A DNA stretch of 64,000 bases from the human T2T-CHM13v2.0 reference genome, Homo sapiens. Under the pieces are notes generated by a model, which saw only the letters and a program-made list of their open reading frames with translations, was not told the origin of the DNA and made no database searches. The translations under genes were made by a program, and so were the position numbers. Positions 13,478 to 26,700 of the stretch are shown one piece after another; positions within the stretch are counted from its first letter, which is position 1; every line of letters starts with the position of its first letter. The stretch lies in assembly GCF_009914755.1 (NCBI RefSeq), contig NC_060935.1. One strand, given 5' to 3'.

Positions 13478-14608
13478 TATTGGGGGAACCAGCCCCCAAT
13501 ATTTCAACATAGGTTCTTTTCTATTTTCCCTAAGTGTTGGCCAGTCTGAGAAAGAAAGAGTACAAAGAGAGAAATTTTACAGCTGGGCCTCTGGGGGTGC
13601 CATCACATATTGGTAGGACTGTGATGGCGACCCCAAGCCACAAAACCAGCAAGTTTTTATTCGGGATTTCAAAAGGGGAGGGGTGTATGAATAGGGAGTG
13701 GGTCACAGAGATCACATGCTTCAAAGGGCAATAAAAGATCACAAGGCAAAAGGGCAGAGCAAGATCATAAGGCAAGGGTGAAATTAGAATTACTGATGAG
13801 GGTCCATGTCCCACTGGGCCCACATTGTCTTGATAAACATCTTAACAGGAAACAGGGTTTGAGAGCAGACAACTGGTCTGACTAGAATTCACCAGGCTGG
13901 AATTTCCTAATCCTAGTAAGCCTGAGGGCACTGCAGGAGACCGGGGCATATTTCATCTCTTATCTTAACCGCATAAGACAGACACTCCCAGAGTGGTCAT
14001 CTATAGGCCTACACCTGGCCTTCCCCAGGGTTATCAATTATTAATATTCTTTGCTGGGAAAAGAATTCAGTGATATTTCTCCTACTCACACATCCATTTA
14101 TAGGCTCCCTGCAATAAGAAAAATATGGCTTTATTCTGCCTGACCCCACAGGCAGTCAGACCTTATGGTTATCTTTCCTTGTTCCCTGAAAATCGCTGTT
14201 ATTCTGTTCTTTTTCAGGGTGTCCTGATTTCATATTGTTCAAACACCCATGTTGTACAATCAGATTTCATATTGTTCAAACACATGTTTCACAAACAATT
14301 TATACAGTTAACGCAATCATCACAGGGTCCTGAGGCGACATACATCCTCACCTTATGAAGATGATGGGATTAAGAGATTAAAGTAAAGACAGGCATAGGA
14401 AATTATAAGAGTATTGATTGGGGAAGTGATAAATGTCCATGAAATCTTCACCATTTATGTTCAGAGACTGCAGTAAAGACAGGCATAAGAAATTATAAAA
14501 GTATTAATTTTGGGAACTAATAAATGTCCATGAAATCTTCACAATTCATGTTCTTCTGCTGTGGCTTCAGCTGGTCCCTCCATTCAGGGTCCCTGACTTC
14601 CCGCAACA
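13478..14608 (-). mobile_element. MER11 (HERV-K HML-8) solo LTR, ~1.13 kb
   Basis: The minus strand begins TGTTGCGGGAAGTCAGGGACCC and ends GGGGCTGGTTCCCCCAATA. There is a perfect 6-bp TSD TACCTC (13472-13477 / 14609-14614), typical of betaretrovirus-like elements. Confidence 0.92.
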
Positions 14609-15034
14609 TACCTCAACCCTTTCCTAACCTTCTATAAAGAAATCGCTTTCTTTTGTTTTTCTCTTTTAGGCTTGAAATACATGCTGCCTTTAGAGTAATT
14701 TTTTTTTTGTTGCTGAGTAATACAACATGGCGTTTCTTTTTATTTTACCTTAGTCTTCTCATTTCAAACTCTGGAATCTAAAACGTAGGTCCACCTTCAT
14801 TCCATCTTTTCCCTGGTTTTACAAACTCTCACAATATCCCTTCCAAAGCTTCACCTTTTAAGATTGTAGGCTCCCATAATTTATATTAAACTTACCCTCT
14901 GTTGGACAAACAGTCTGTAATTCCTCATGTTACAACATATTCACTTTTTACACTAGGAAAAAACAACCTAGAAATTCATATGAAAAGAAATTTCTCTGTT
15001 ATAGGAAGAAATATTCAAAATTAATCTCTAAGAG

Positions 15035-15312
15035 GCCATCATCCTAAGTGAACTAACGCAGGAACAGAAAATCAAAACCACACGTTCTCACTTATAAATT
15101 GGAGCTAAACACTGAATTCACATGGCCACAAAAGAGGGAACAACAAACACCAAGGCCTACTAGAAGGTAGAGGGTGGAAGGAAGGTGAGGATTGAAAAAC
15201 TATGCCATGCTTATTACCTGGGTGACGAAATAATCTGTACACCAAACCCCCATGATACCTATTTAACAAACCTGCACATGTACCCCTGAATCTAAAATAA
15301 AAGTTAAAAAAG
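15035..15312 (+). mobile_element. L1PA/PB 3' end fragment
   Basis: ggccatcatcctaagtgaactaacgcaggaacagaaaa..aacctgcacatgtacccctgaatctaaaataaaagtt matches an L1P 3' end. Confidence 0.8.
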
Positions 15313-15679
15313 TCACAAAAAGTGCAAAATTAGTCTCCAAGAAATTAGTGTCCACCACATTTGGGAGATTATCAGGAAATATTTCTTGTTTTATCCCCAT
15401 AACTCTGTCTAATAAAAATGACAATTGCAGAATTTTTGGCAAAAGAAATATTGCCTTCTTTCACTTTGTCACATTTTGGGAAGCTAATTAATAATTGGTA
15501 GCTATAATTGAGACCTTGAATTCTGTACCCATTCATTTCTGCTGTTAGATGATAAAAGTATTATTTAATTAATTAAGAAATATGAAATCATGACGAGGAT
15601 CGCTAAAAAATAGCCTGTCTTTTGGCCAGCTTGCTACGATTTCATCTCAAAAGACTTTTTAGAAAAGCACACTTATTTT

Positions 15680-16162
15680 ATTTTATTTTATTTATTTTTT
15701 ATTTTATTATTATTATACTTTAAGTTTTAGGGTACATGTGCACAAGTGCAGGTTAGTTACATATGTATACATGTGCCATGCTGGTGTGCTGCACCCATTA
15801 ACTCGTCATTTAGCATTAGGTATATCTCCTAATGCTATCCCTCCCCCCTTCCCCCACCCCACAACAGTCCCAAGAGTGTGATGTTCCCCTTCCTGTGTCC
15901 ATGTGTTCTCGTTGTTCAATTCCCACCTATGAGTGAGTACATGTGGTGTTTGGTTTTTTGTCATTGCGATAGTTTACTGAGAATGATGATTTCCAATTTC
16001 ATCCATTTCCCTACAAAGGACATGAACTCATCATTTTTTATGGCTGCATAGTACTCCATGGTGTATATATGCCACATTTTCTTAATCCAGTCTATCATTG
16101 TTGGACATTTGGGCTGGTTCCAAGTCTTTGCTATTGTGAATAGTGCCACAATAAACATATGT
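15680..16162 (-). mobile_element. Young L1PA (PA2/PA3-like) 5'-truncated insertion
   Basis: The 3'UTR contains gctggtgtgctgcacccattaactcgtcatttagcattagg. TSD gaaaagca(c/g)acttatttt lies at 15662-15679 and 16163-16180. Confidence 0.88.
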
Positions 16163-17479
16163 GAAAAGCAGACTTATTTTAGTTGTAATTTAAAGTACCC
16201 TGATTTTCAGTACAGTTAAAATATCTAATAGAAAGACTAATACCAGTGTACCCCTATTTTTATTGTCCAAATTATGATGAACAACATTCCCATTAACTTA
16301 TAAATATTGCTTACTTTCGAAAAATTTCAACTTGCTAGATTAAATACATGGGTAAATATTCTGAGTAGTTTTCTAGTAATTAAAATTATTACTAATCTTG
16401 TTTGCAAAGATAGTTGTATCTTTATTTTAGAGACCATGTAAAATGTCTTTCCTTCATAATCCATATTTGTTTTAGCAAATTTAGAAAATAAGAAAATAAA
16501 GATGGTCAATATACTTCCTCCAACACACTTGTATAAATCCACCTATTAGCCCATTACCTAGAGATAATCACTATCAACATTTTGGTAGATACTCTTCCAG
16601 TCCTCATCATCTTTTCTTCTCCTTTTCCTCCCCTTCTTTCTCCTCTTCCTCCCTTTTCTTCTCTATTTCCCTCTCCCTCTCTTTATATACAGTATATCAT
16701 ATGATAGGTGTATGACATAAATATGTGATATGTAATATATGGGATAATATTTTATTTCCATACTGATTTGTTTAATCTGAGTTTCATATTTCAATTAATG
16801 CCCAATACATATCTGCATAATGTAAATTTTTTCTGTGACTCAATATGGATGACTGTTTAGTATTTATTATATAGCTTTACTAAATTTATTTAACTGAACC
16901 CCTATTAATGAATTTAGATTGGTTCTAGTTTTTGCTATTATAAAGAGTACTGCAACAAATATTCTTTTAGGCAAATATTTTTACACATCTAAGAGTGCAC
17001 CTTTAGGGAAAAAGAAAAACAAACCTAGTAGAGTAGAGTCAGAGTTAGTCAGGAACAAAAGTAGAAAAGAACATTCTCATTCTAGAGGAATAAGCTCATT
17101 CATAAGTTAGAGGCATGAGAAGACACAGTAGGGTGATCATCAATTAAGGGGTATTTCAGAATCAAGAGTAGAATCTTGGCATGCAAATGAATGACTTCAC
17201 AATGTGATGAATGCAACAATAGTGTATGAGCCAGGTATAGTCAGGAGATGAGTGAAGGGTTTTCAACACTGAGTGGATCAAGGAGTATTACATGCAAGAG
17301 GCTATATTTCACTGGATGTTGAAGTATGAGTAAAAGGAGTCAGATGAATCAACTAAAAATGTGAGGAATGAAAAGGGAATTACAGTTACAGAATCAGCAT
17401 GTGCTTTCAGGACACAGTGTATTTGGCCTCAGTCCTGTAAGAAAATGTGAAGCCACTTGAAGGTTTTAACATAAAATTA

Positions 17480-18370
17480 GGTTCCTACTTTACATGACTA
17501 TGAAAATAAATTCCAGATGAAAAAAATCCTAAACTCAAGTATTTCTTTTTAAAAATTAATAGAAGATATTATTTGAGAATATATTCATGATCTAGGCCAG
17601 AGAAGGCTTTCTGAAATGAGAGATAAAATTCGGATCAATAAATGTGGCCATGTAATAAATAAATTGCTTTTGAATTATAAGAAGACACCATAGACAGAGT
17701 CAGAAGACCAGTCACTGCCTGGCAGAAGGTATTTGCAACATGTATAATAGCCAAAGAATCAGAATATATAAAGCACTGCTAGAGTATAAGAAGAAAAAGT
17801 TAAACAACCAATATATAAATAGGTAAGAGTATAAACAAAAAATTTACTGTTTATACAAATATTTTAAAGATGCCCAACTTTGGTGGTAATCAGGGAAATG
17901 CCAATTATAGTAACAATAAGAATCAATTTTCACATATTTCACATATTGGCAAAGACTAAATCACTTGACAATATCAAGTGTGGCCAGAGATGGGAAGTGG
18001 CAGCTCTGTCGTATGCTGATGGTGGCACAGTCAGCATGGAAAGCTCTTTGATGGTATTTGTTAAAATAAGTACTAACCATTTGATTCATTCGTAGGTATC
18101 TATTTAGAGAACAACAAAGTTAGATATTCTTGATACCTAAGAATTTCATGAATGTGTACATGGAAACGTGTACAAGGATTTTCACCACAGAATTGTTTGT
18201 AATAAAACATAGAAGTAATCAACTAGGGGATTGCTTAGGCAACCATGGTGTATGATGGATTACTGTACAGCAGTTAAAAGAAATCAATTGTATTTTTACT
18301 TGTTAATACAGATCAATCTGAAAAACAACGTTGAGTGCAAAGTAAGTTAAAAATGATGCATTTAGTATGA
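17480..18370 (+). mobile_element. Ancient L1ME-type ORF2 3' fragment
   Basis: Degenerate motifs are visible: aaaataaattccagatg, gaaggtatttgcaacatgtata, gtaatcagggaaatg and tactgtacagcagttaaaagaaat. Confidence 0.55.
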
Positions 18371-18614
18371 TAACGTTAATAGAAAATAAACCACTAAACA
18401 TCAAAAATATTTTCTCTGTGTGTGCATGTGTATGTATTTGTGTGTGTGAAGGCAGAGAATAGTATTTTTATGTCATGAGAAGTAGAAGAGCAGAGGAGTC
18501 TTTTACTTCTACTTTTTATATCCTAATTTAATAAGCACAATATATCAGCACATGACTTTGTGTAATTAAAAATGGAAAGAAACCTCATAAAACAGATATG
18601 TTAGACTTTGTTTT

Positions 18615-18961
18615 AAGTATACTTTAAGTTTTAGGGTACATGTGCACAACATGCAGGTTAGTTACATATGTATACATGTGCCATGTTGGTGTGCTGCACC
18701 CAGTAACTCGTCATTTAACATTAGGTATGTCTCTTAATGCTATCTCTCCCCCCTCCCCACCCCACAACAGGCCCCGGTATGTGATGTTCCCCTTCCTGTG
18801 TCCATGTGTTTTCATTGTTCAATTCCCACCTATAAGTGAGAACATGCGGTGTTTGGTTTTTTGTCCCTGTGTTAGTTTGCTGAGAATGATGGTTTCCAGC
18901 TTCATCCATGTCCCTACAAAGGACATGAACTCATGTTTATGGCTGCGTAGTATTCCATGGT
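18615..18961 (-). mobile_element. L1PA4/5-like 3' end fragment
   Basis: tatactttaagttttagggtacatgtgcacaac..gccatgttggtgtgctgcaccc matches the antisense L1PA 3' end. Confidence 0.85.
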
Positions 18962-20775
18962 TAAAATAGTAGCTTATTGATTATAAGAAAACGGCACTTG
19001 TTTTTTCTCTTCTTTGTATTTTTATGTATTTTTTAAACCTAAAAATCAGACAATTTAGATTTTTCTTTAGATGAAGTCAAAATAAAGATATTGTGTTGGT
19101 GCCCCTCCCCTGATCCCATGAATTCCCTGTGCCCTTACTTACGCCAACAATTATTCTGACTTATCCTCCTACTCAAGGCCAGTCTTTTCACTGATCCCCA
19201 TGACTGCCTCCCATCACATTACCTCCAAGACCGCTTCAGTCCTCAATTATTGCTTTTTTGTCATAACTTCAGCTTACTCTATACCCTTGGTTAAGCCTCT
19301 GCCAACCTGAAAGGTGGAAACTACACTTTAGGGCTAAGTTATTTATTTGTTCAGCTTACAAATCATCTTAGGCAAATAAACTTATCTGATACTTAGTTTC
19401 CTCAACTATAAATGGACATTTTATTCCTTAGGTCATGCCTTTGTAAGAGGAAAGTGTGTATGAAGACAAGTGTTGGGCAGGTGATAGGAGCCTGATAAAT
19501 GTTAGTTTCCTTCCTTGCTGGTGAGAACAGGGTAACAGAAGAATAAAGGTTAGAAGTAATGTAATCCTCTGAATTTTAAGTACTGTGGAAAATATACTGG
19601 TCGAGTAAAAAGAGAAGACCTGTGTTTGAGATTTTTATTCTGCAACTGATCGTTATGCGGCCACTGGCAAACAACTTTAAAAAATCATTTTTTTCACTTC
19701 TGTTGAACCCCTTTCCCTCAAGTGGAATTTTGTTTTTAATGAACAACAGCAAAATGAATGCATACTCATATAAAAATATTTGCTATTTTTTCTTGTGTTA
19801 TTTATCAGAGGAAAGTAGCACTGTATAAGTTATGGGCTGTTCCTTCATGTACAAAGTGGTGCAGGTGGAGAAAAAGACAGTTAATTTCAAACAAGTTTCC
19901 TGATATGTGTGAATCAAAACATTTATGGAATTATAAATTACTGACAAGTCACTAGCTGGTTCTTTGCAGACACAAAATTTTCAGCCTGATCTGTCTTTGA
20001 AAACTAGTTCATCTGCAAATTAGTTCAAAAAGTGATATACACAATAAAATTTATTTAAAAAAATGAAGGCCAAAGAGTTTCAAGAAGACAATTTCAATGT
20101 AAATATAAGACATTTAAGACAACTAACTTGTTTATTTATATTAAGTGGAAGCAGAATAGAATTTGGCAAAGCATGAGGGGTTTGGGTTGGACAGGCTTGG
20201 ACCCAAATTCTATCTAAGCCAAGTTTTAGCTACTTACCTTGAACACCATAATTAATCTTTCTGTCTCTTGGTTTCCTAATTTATGAAATGGGAATATCAA
20301 GGTTATCATGTTTATTGAGTGGCATTGAGAATTATTAACAAATAACAGAAAGAATATAAAGTACTTTGCACATAGTAAACACTCAAATAAATTAAAAATA
20401 GCCATCATAATTATAAATACAATATCATTATTTTGTTGGTACTGACAGTTTCCTGTGAGTAGGGTCACAATTATATTCAAATAATGAAATATTTTAGACA
20501 GGTAAATTCTATGCTTTGAGGCTTAAAAAGGTAAGCACAGAAATAACTTAAGGTCACAAATTGCTGCCTTCATGGTGTAGGTCAAAGGACATAAAATTTC
20601 AGTTAGATCGGAGGAATAAGTGCAAGAGATCTGTTGTACAGCATGGTGACTGTAGTAAATAACGATATCTTGTATTCTTAAAAAATGCTAAGAGGGTAGA
20701 TTTTAAGTGTTTTCACCACAAAAAGGATAACTATGTGAGGTAATGCATATGTTAATTAGCTTGATTTAACCATTC

Positions 20776-23700
20776 TGATGCAGGCAAACCCCAAAATTGG
20801 GGCTTTGACCAGTTGTGTCATGGCTGGGGTTGTGACTCGTGCTTGGAACACAAGTCCTGCTGATCTACCTCATTTTCCCCTCAGAGATTATATACTCCTC
20901 CTTAATTTTTAAGAGTTGCAGAAGGGTGGAAGTCCTTGAGCTTGCAGTTCAACTAACTCTGAATTGTTAACATAAGAACAACAGGTGTGGTTTATTACTG
21001 CACATACTTTTCCTTGTCATGCTACTTATCTGTGTGTTTGTCAAACAACAGCTTTAAATCTTCTTGGGGTTCACAAGTGTAGGTGGTGTTCTTCTCTTGC
21101 ACCTGCAGGCACTCATGAGAAAATAAGTTTAATGCTATACAGGTGTACCCAGCTAGTGACTCCCTGAAGTTTCACAGCAGCACGGGTATTTAACAAACAC
21201 CTGATAGGGGGCTTTTTGTTTTGGTTGTAATAGATCCTTGGGGAAGCCTCCCTTCTTTCCAGGTTTTTAGTAAGACTAAGTCTCCGGATTAAAGAGGGGA
21301 CATATTCTTTTCCTTTGTGGGAAAGGGAAATGCTTTATTTCCATATTCTTGAAAGGCCTTTCGAAACTGGCCTAAGTTGATAATATGAATGAGCGTTCTA
21401 GTTGTCTCCTCATCAAACAGGAAATCTGAAGTTAAAAAGGGCTTCCCATAGGTTATTTCAAATGGACTAAGTTTTAGGGTTCCTCTTGGAGCCCTCCTTA
21501 TGCACAAGAGGGCTGTGGATTGGAGAAAAACTCAGGCCTCCCAGGTTTCCCAACAGAGTTTTACTAATGTCCTTTTAAAAACATGGTTGGCTCTTTCTAC
21601 CTTACCAGAGGATTGAAGCCTCCAGGAGGAATGAAGATGACAGGTAATGCCCAAGGCTGAGGAAACCTGAGGGGTCACCTTACCTATGAAGGAGGGTCCA
21701 TTACCACTTTGCAAGCCTTTTGGTAATCCAAACCTCGGGATGAAATTCTTTAAGTAAGAATTTGGACACTTCCAATACTTTTTCTGTCCTTGTGGGAAAA
21801 GTTTCTATCCACCTGGTGAAAATGGCTGTAAGTACTAGCAAATATTGTTGTCCTCTGTAAGGCAGTCTGAGTGAAATCTATTTGCCAGTCTTCCCCAGGG
21901 TATGTTCCTTGATGTTATAAAGGTTTGAGTAGGTGGCTTCCTGGGTTATTATGGGCACAGAGTTCACAGGTCCTGGTGACCCCTTTTTCAGTCTGGAATA
22001 GTCCCTTCTCCAAGAATATTTGGGAAACCAATTTGAAGAGAGAATTCCATCCCAAATGTGAGGAGTTATGGAAATGCTTAATTATTTTCCATTGCTTAGC
22101 CTTGGGGAGAAAGTTTATTGCTTTCTAGCAACTACCATGAGGGACTCTTTTGTAAGCCTTTCTGTTCTGTTCATTTGATTTCCTCAGGTGTATAGTATGA
22201 TTCTGCTGACATGGGTGGAGTATCAGGCATTAGTGCAGTGGCCAGTAGTACTGATCTTCTTGTAGCAGTGGCCTTGGCTGCTCTGTCTGCCAGAGCATTT
22301 CCTCTGATAATAGACATGTCTCCCTTTTTGTGTCCCCTGCAATGAATAACTGCTATTTCTTTTGGGAGTTGGACAGTATCTAAAAGTTCCAAGGTCTCAG
22401 TGATGTTTTATGGGGGACCCCTTAGATGTTAGTAGTCCTCTTTCTTTCTACAAGGCAGCATGAGCATGGAGCATCAGGAACCCATATTTAGATTGAGTAA
22501 ATATATTGATTCTTTTCCCAGTTGGAGGGTCCTTATTAGAGCAATTAATTCCACTTTTTGAGCAGAAGTCTGGGGCGGTAAAGCTTTGGCCTTAATAACT
22601 TCTTGTTGGCTAACCATGGCATTACCTGCCTTCTTTACTACTCCTTTATGAATAAAGCTACTCCTGTCTGTAGACCACAAGACATCAAAGCTATCAGGGG
22701 CTCATCTTTAAGGTCAGACCTGCTAGAGTAGGTCTGCTCCATGGTTTTCATATAGGAGTGGATGAATTGGGGATCTGTTTCTTGGGATGTGGAGTCTGGG
22801 AACAGGGTAGCAGGGTTTAAAACTTAATATACCTTAAGGGTAACATCTGGGGGTGTCAAGCAGAAGGGCCTGACATTTAAGTAACTGGCTTCCTATTAGC
22901 CATTGATGTCCTTTTGCCTCTAGAACCTCCTGTACTTGATGGGGAGGTCATAACATCTAAATGGTGCACCAAGGTAAACTTACTGGCTGTTTCTATCAAT
23001 AGAGTGATGGTGGCCATAGCTTGCAAGAATCCTGGCCGTCCAGCCACCATCTGTTCCAGCTGTTTAGAGAAGCCATTTGTCTAGGATTATTCCTGAGCCT
23101 TGGAGTTAGAACACCCAAAATTGTCCCTTGTTTTTCAGCCATATAGAGGGTGAAAAGTCCCAAAGCAGGGGCTGTTCCCATCTTTTCTTTTAAGGTTAGA
23201 AATGCCTGTTGGCAGGTTCCATCCCAGTTCAAAGGCTCATGATCATTCCCTTTTAGACCTTCATAGAGTGGTTTTGCTATGAGCCCCAACTCAGGAATCC
23301 AAATCCAGCACAATTCAGTCATTCCCACAAAGGTTCTTGACTATTTCTTAGTCTGAAGGGGCTGGAGTGCCAGGATGGTCTCTTTTCTTTCTGGGCTAGG
23401 GTCCTTGTCCCAGGAGAGAACATGTATCCCAACTATTTAACATTTTGAACAGAAATCTGGGCCTTGTGCTTGGGGAGGATACACGATACCCTTGTTTTCT
23501 CCCAGAATTAAGGACCTGAATTGTATTTTTATTAGAGTATTCTGTAGTAGGGCTGGAAATTAATAGGTCATCTACATATTGTAAAATGGATCCATTCTTT
23601 AACTATAATTCCCTTAATTATTTTGTCAATGCATTCCCAAAGAGATGAGGACTGTCCCTATGACCTTGGAGGAAAGACAGTCCAGGTAAACTGAGATATA

Positions 23701-26700
23701 GCATGAGGGTCTGGATCAGTCCATTCAAAAGCAGAAATATACTGAGAGGTCTGGGTGTAAAGGTATGTAAATAAAGCATCATTTAAATCTAATACTGTGA
23801 ACCAATTTGCATCTTCAGGGACTTGGGTCAATATTGTGTAAGGGTTAGGAACTATTGGGTAGGCAGGGACTACTATCTCATTAACTGTCCTCAGGTCTCA
23901 AATCTGTATTCCCCATTTTCTTTCTTTACAGACAGGATGGGGCTATTACATGGGGACTTCCAGGGTTGTAGTAGTCCATACTTTAGAAACTTTGTTATCA
24001 GGGGTTGTATGCCTGATTGTGCTTCAGGTCTCATGGATATTGTTTCCTCCATGGGTAACCAACATTGGGCTTCAAGGTAACCTGGACTGGGGGTACATTA
24101 ACAGCTCTACCAGCAACTTCTATTTCCCAGAGGGGTCTACTTGAGAAGTAATATGCAGTGGAAGGGAGGTCTTTTATTTATCTGTCTGTACTAAGGTATG
24201 CACTTAGAGCCCTTCCTGGCCTATTGCCTTATCATAAGGCTCCTCAAATTGAACTGTGGATTGTAATTAGGAATGTAAGTCTCTTCCCAGTAAAGACATA
24301 GGGCACTCAGGTTTAAAACTTATGGTCCCACACATTGCAACCAAGGCAGTGGGTGAATCTCCTAATTCTTGGATATCAATCTCTGCTATGGTATAAGAGC
24401 AGGAAGACACTGGCCCTGAGAAATGGGTCAGCACTCTTACCCAATAAGAACTCAGTCTTCTTACCTACCACATCAAGGGTTAGCCAAGGCTCCCCTGTGG
24501 AGATGGCAAGATGTCCAGTGGGAACCATGGAGGACTTCAGGCCCCTTCGATCCTCTGTTCTCTCTGCCATTATGAGTGTGGGTGGCCCAGGCTTTCTCCA
24601 GAGCCTGAGGAAGTCCCTTTCCCAATGGCCCTCTTGCTTACAGAAAACACACTGGCCCAGGGGACAGCAAGTCAGAGACTCTCACCTGGGTATCCCAGAG
24701 GCTGATTTTATGACACTTTCTCAGAATGGGTAACCCTGAGGTGGCACAGAGTTTAAGACAGCCACTAACAATTGTGCTTTTTGGCTATTTCTTTGGATTT
24801 TCTTCACCTTCTCTGCCCTGTCCCTATTGTTGTTAACTCCAAAGGCCGTGTTGGAGTTGGATCTTGGGTGTTTGAGGTCCCATTTCTGCCTTTTGTAGTT
24901 TCCTACTAAGTCAAGGGCAGATCAAGTAATAAAATGCATACCTAGGAGAGGTTGCCCTTCCCAGGAGTCTGGGTCTGCATTAGTATATTTCTTGAGTGCC
25001 TCAGCCATACTGTCTGTCCTGAAACAGAGCAGGATGTTCTTCCTTCCCCTGAGTTACTCCTGTAACCTTGTCATAACTGGCTTAACTATACACTTTTCCA
25101 TACCTTCTATTAAATAAGTTACCATGTGATTTCTGCATTTGAAATCTTGGGAACCCCTCTGGCAATCCCACTGAGGTCCAAGTCTGGAACTGCATCTCCC
25201 TCCACATGATAAATGGCATGGCTTTTGTTTCAAGCAGCTACTCCATCTGCATATTTGTGGGCAGTATCCAGAATCCTTTGTTTCTGTCTTATGGTACAGC
25301 AGGTGGACAATAATATTTGCTTGTCTTGTCAAGATAAGTCAAAGTATATGGTCAACTTAACAAATTCCTCTATAAACTTCCCTGGATCCTCCAAAAATGG
25401 GCCAAATTTCTCCTTGCATAAAGTCAAATCAGACACAGAAAGAGGCACATGTACTCTGATTGTTCCCCTATTTCTGTCAGCTACCTCTTGCAATGGACAC
25501 AGGTTCAGTTTTAGGGGCTGATATGGGGCCTCACTCCTGGTGGTACTGGTTGGGCTTATTTCCTCAAGCAGCAGGGGGTATAGGTTGGGCCTAATTGGCT
25601 AAAGGGGAGGGATGTCTGATGACCTTAGGGTGAAATCCTGCACTGGAGAACTAGTGGGACTCCCCTCAGAAACCGGGAACTGAGGAGGCTCCAGGGGCCA
25701 TGGAGGCCTCCTAGGGAGAGCAGCTAGCAGGGTATCATCTAGGAAGTGCATATTCTTGGTATCTGGAAGTAACATGAGCTAGACACATCCTACAGCTCTC
25801 CCTTAAGTGAGGGTTCTGGTAAAGGGCCGTAAACACCTGTACATAAGGGAACTCTGTCCATTTTCCTTCCTTTTCACAGAATAAGTCCAACTGTAAAATA
25901 GTATTATAATGTAAAGAACCATTTTTAGGCCAAATTTCTTGGTCTTCCAATTTGTTTTGGACCCAAATCATATTGCAGTAGGAAATGAATTTCTTTCTCT
26001 TGAAGCTGTCTAACTTGAATTTGCTCCATTTGCCTAAAAGGCACCCTAGTGGTGAGTCCTTCAGGATGCTCACCATTGTCCCCGAGTCTAATGAGGATCT
26101 CTACAGAAGTTTTTCTAAGTCTAGTGAGAGCCCAGTTATTTTCCCTTTTAAATTCTCACCTTTTTTTCTCAAGAAAGGTCAGTGGGGAAGTTGTCACCAG
26201 TTCCTGCAAAGAGGGTGTAAGTACAGTTAGCAGGGTGTGATGAAAGTGAATTATGAGATATGAGTGGGCAGTGGAGTGATGACTGTGTCCACTGGCAAAT
26301 GGAATACAAGAAAAGAGGTGTTGTAATAAGCAAAGTATAGAAGGAGAGGTGAAAATAGGGTGGCAGCAAAAAAGAATGAGTTCATCTCCTTTGCAGGGAC
26401 ATGAATGAAACTGGAAACCATCATTCTCAGCAAACTAACACAGGAATGGACAACCAAACACTGCATGTTCTCACTCATAAGTGGGAGTTGAACAATGAGA
26501 ACACATAGACACAGGGAGGGGAACATCATACACCGGGGCCTGTTGGGGGATGGGGGGAAAGGGTAGGGAGAGCATTAGGACAAATACCTAATGCATGTGG
26601 GGCTTTAAACCTAGATGGTGGGTTGATGCATGCAGCAAACCACCATGGCACATGTATATCTATGTAACAAACCTGCACGTTCTGCACATGTATCCCAGAA

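Noticed and set aside
14370-14545. Internal direct repeats (gtaaagacaggcata..aaatgtccatgaaatcttcac) resembling an array
   Set aside because: These are internal repeats of the MER11 LTR. They have no spacer structure, and CRISPR is not expected in primate DNA.
16590-16745. CT-rich and AT-rich low-complexity tract
   Set aside because: It is simple low-complexity sequence with no definable structure.
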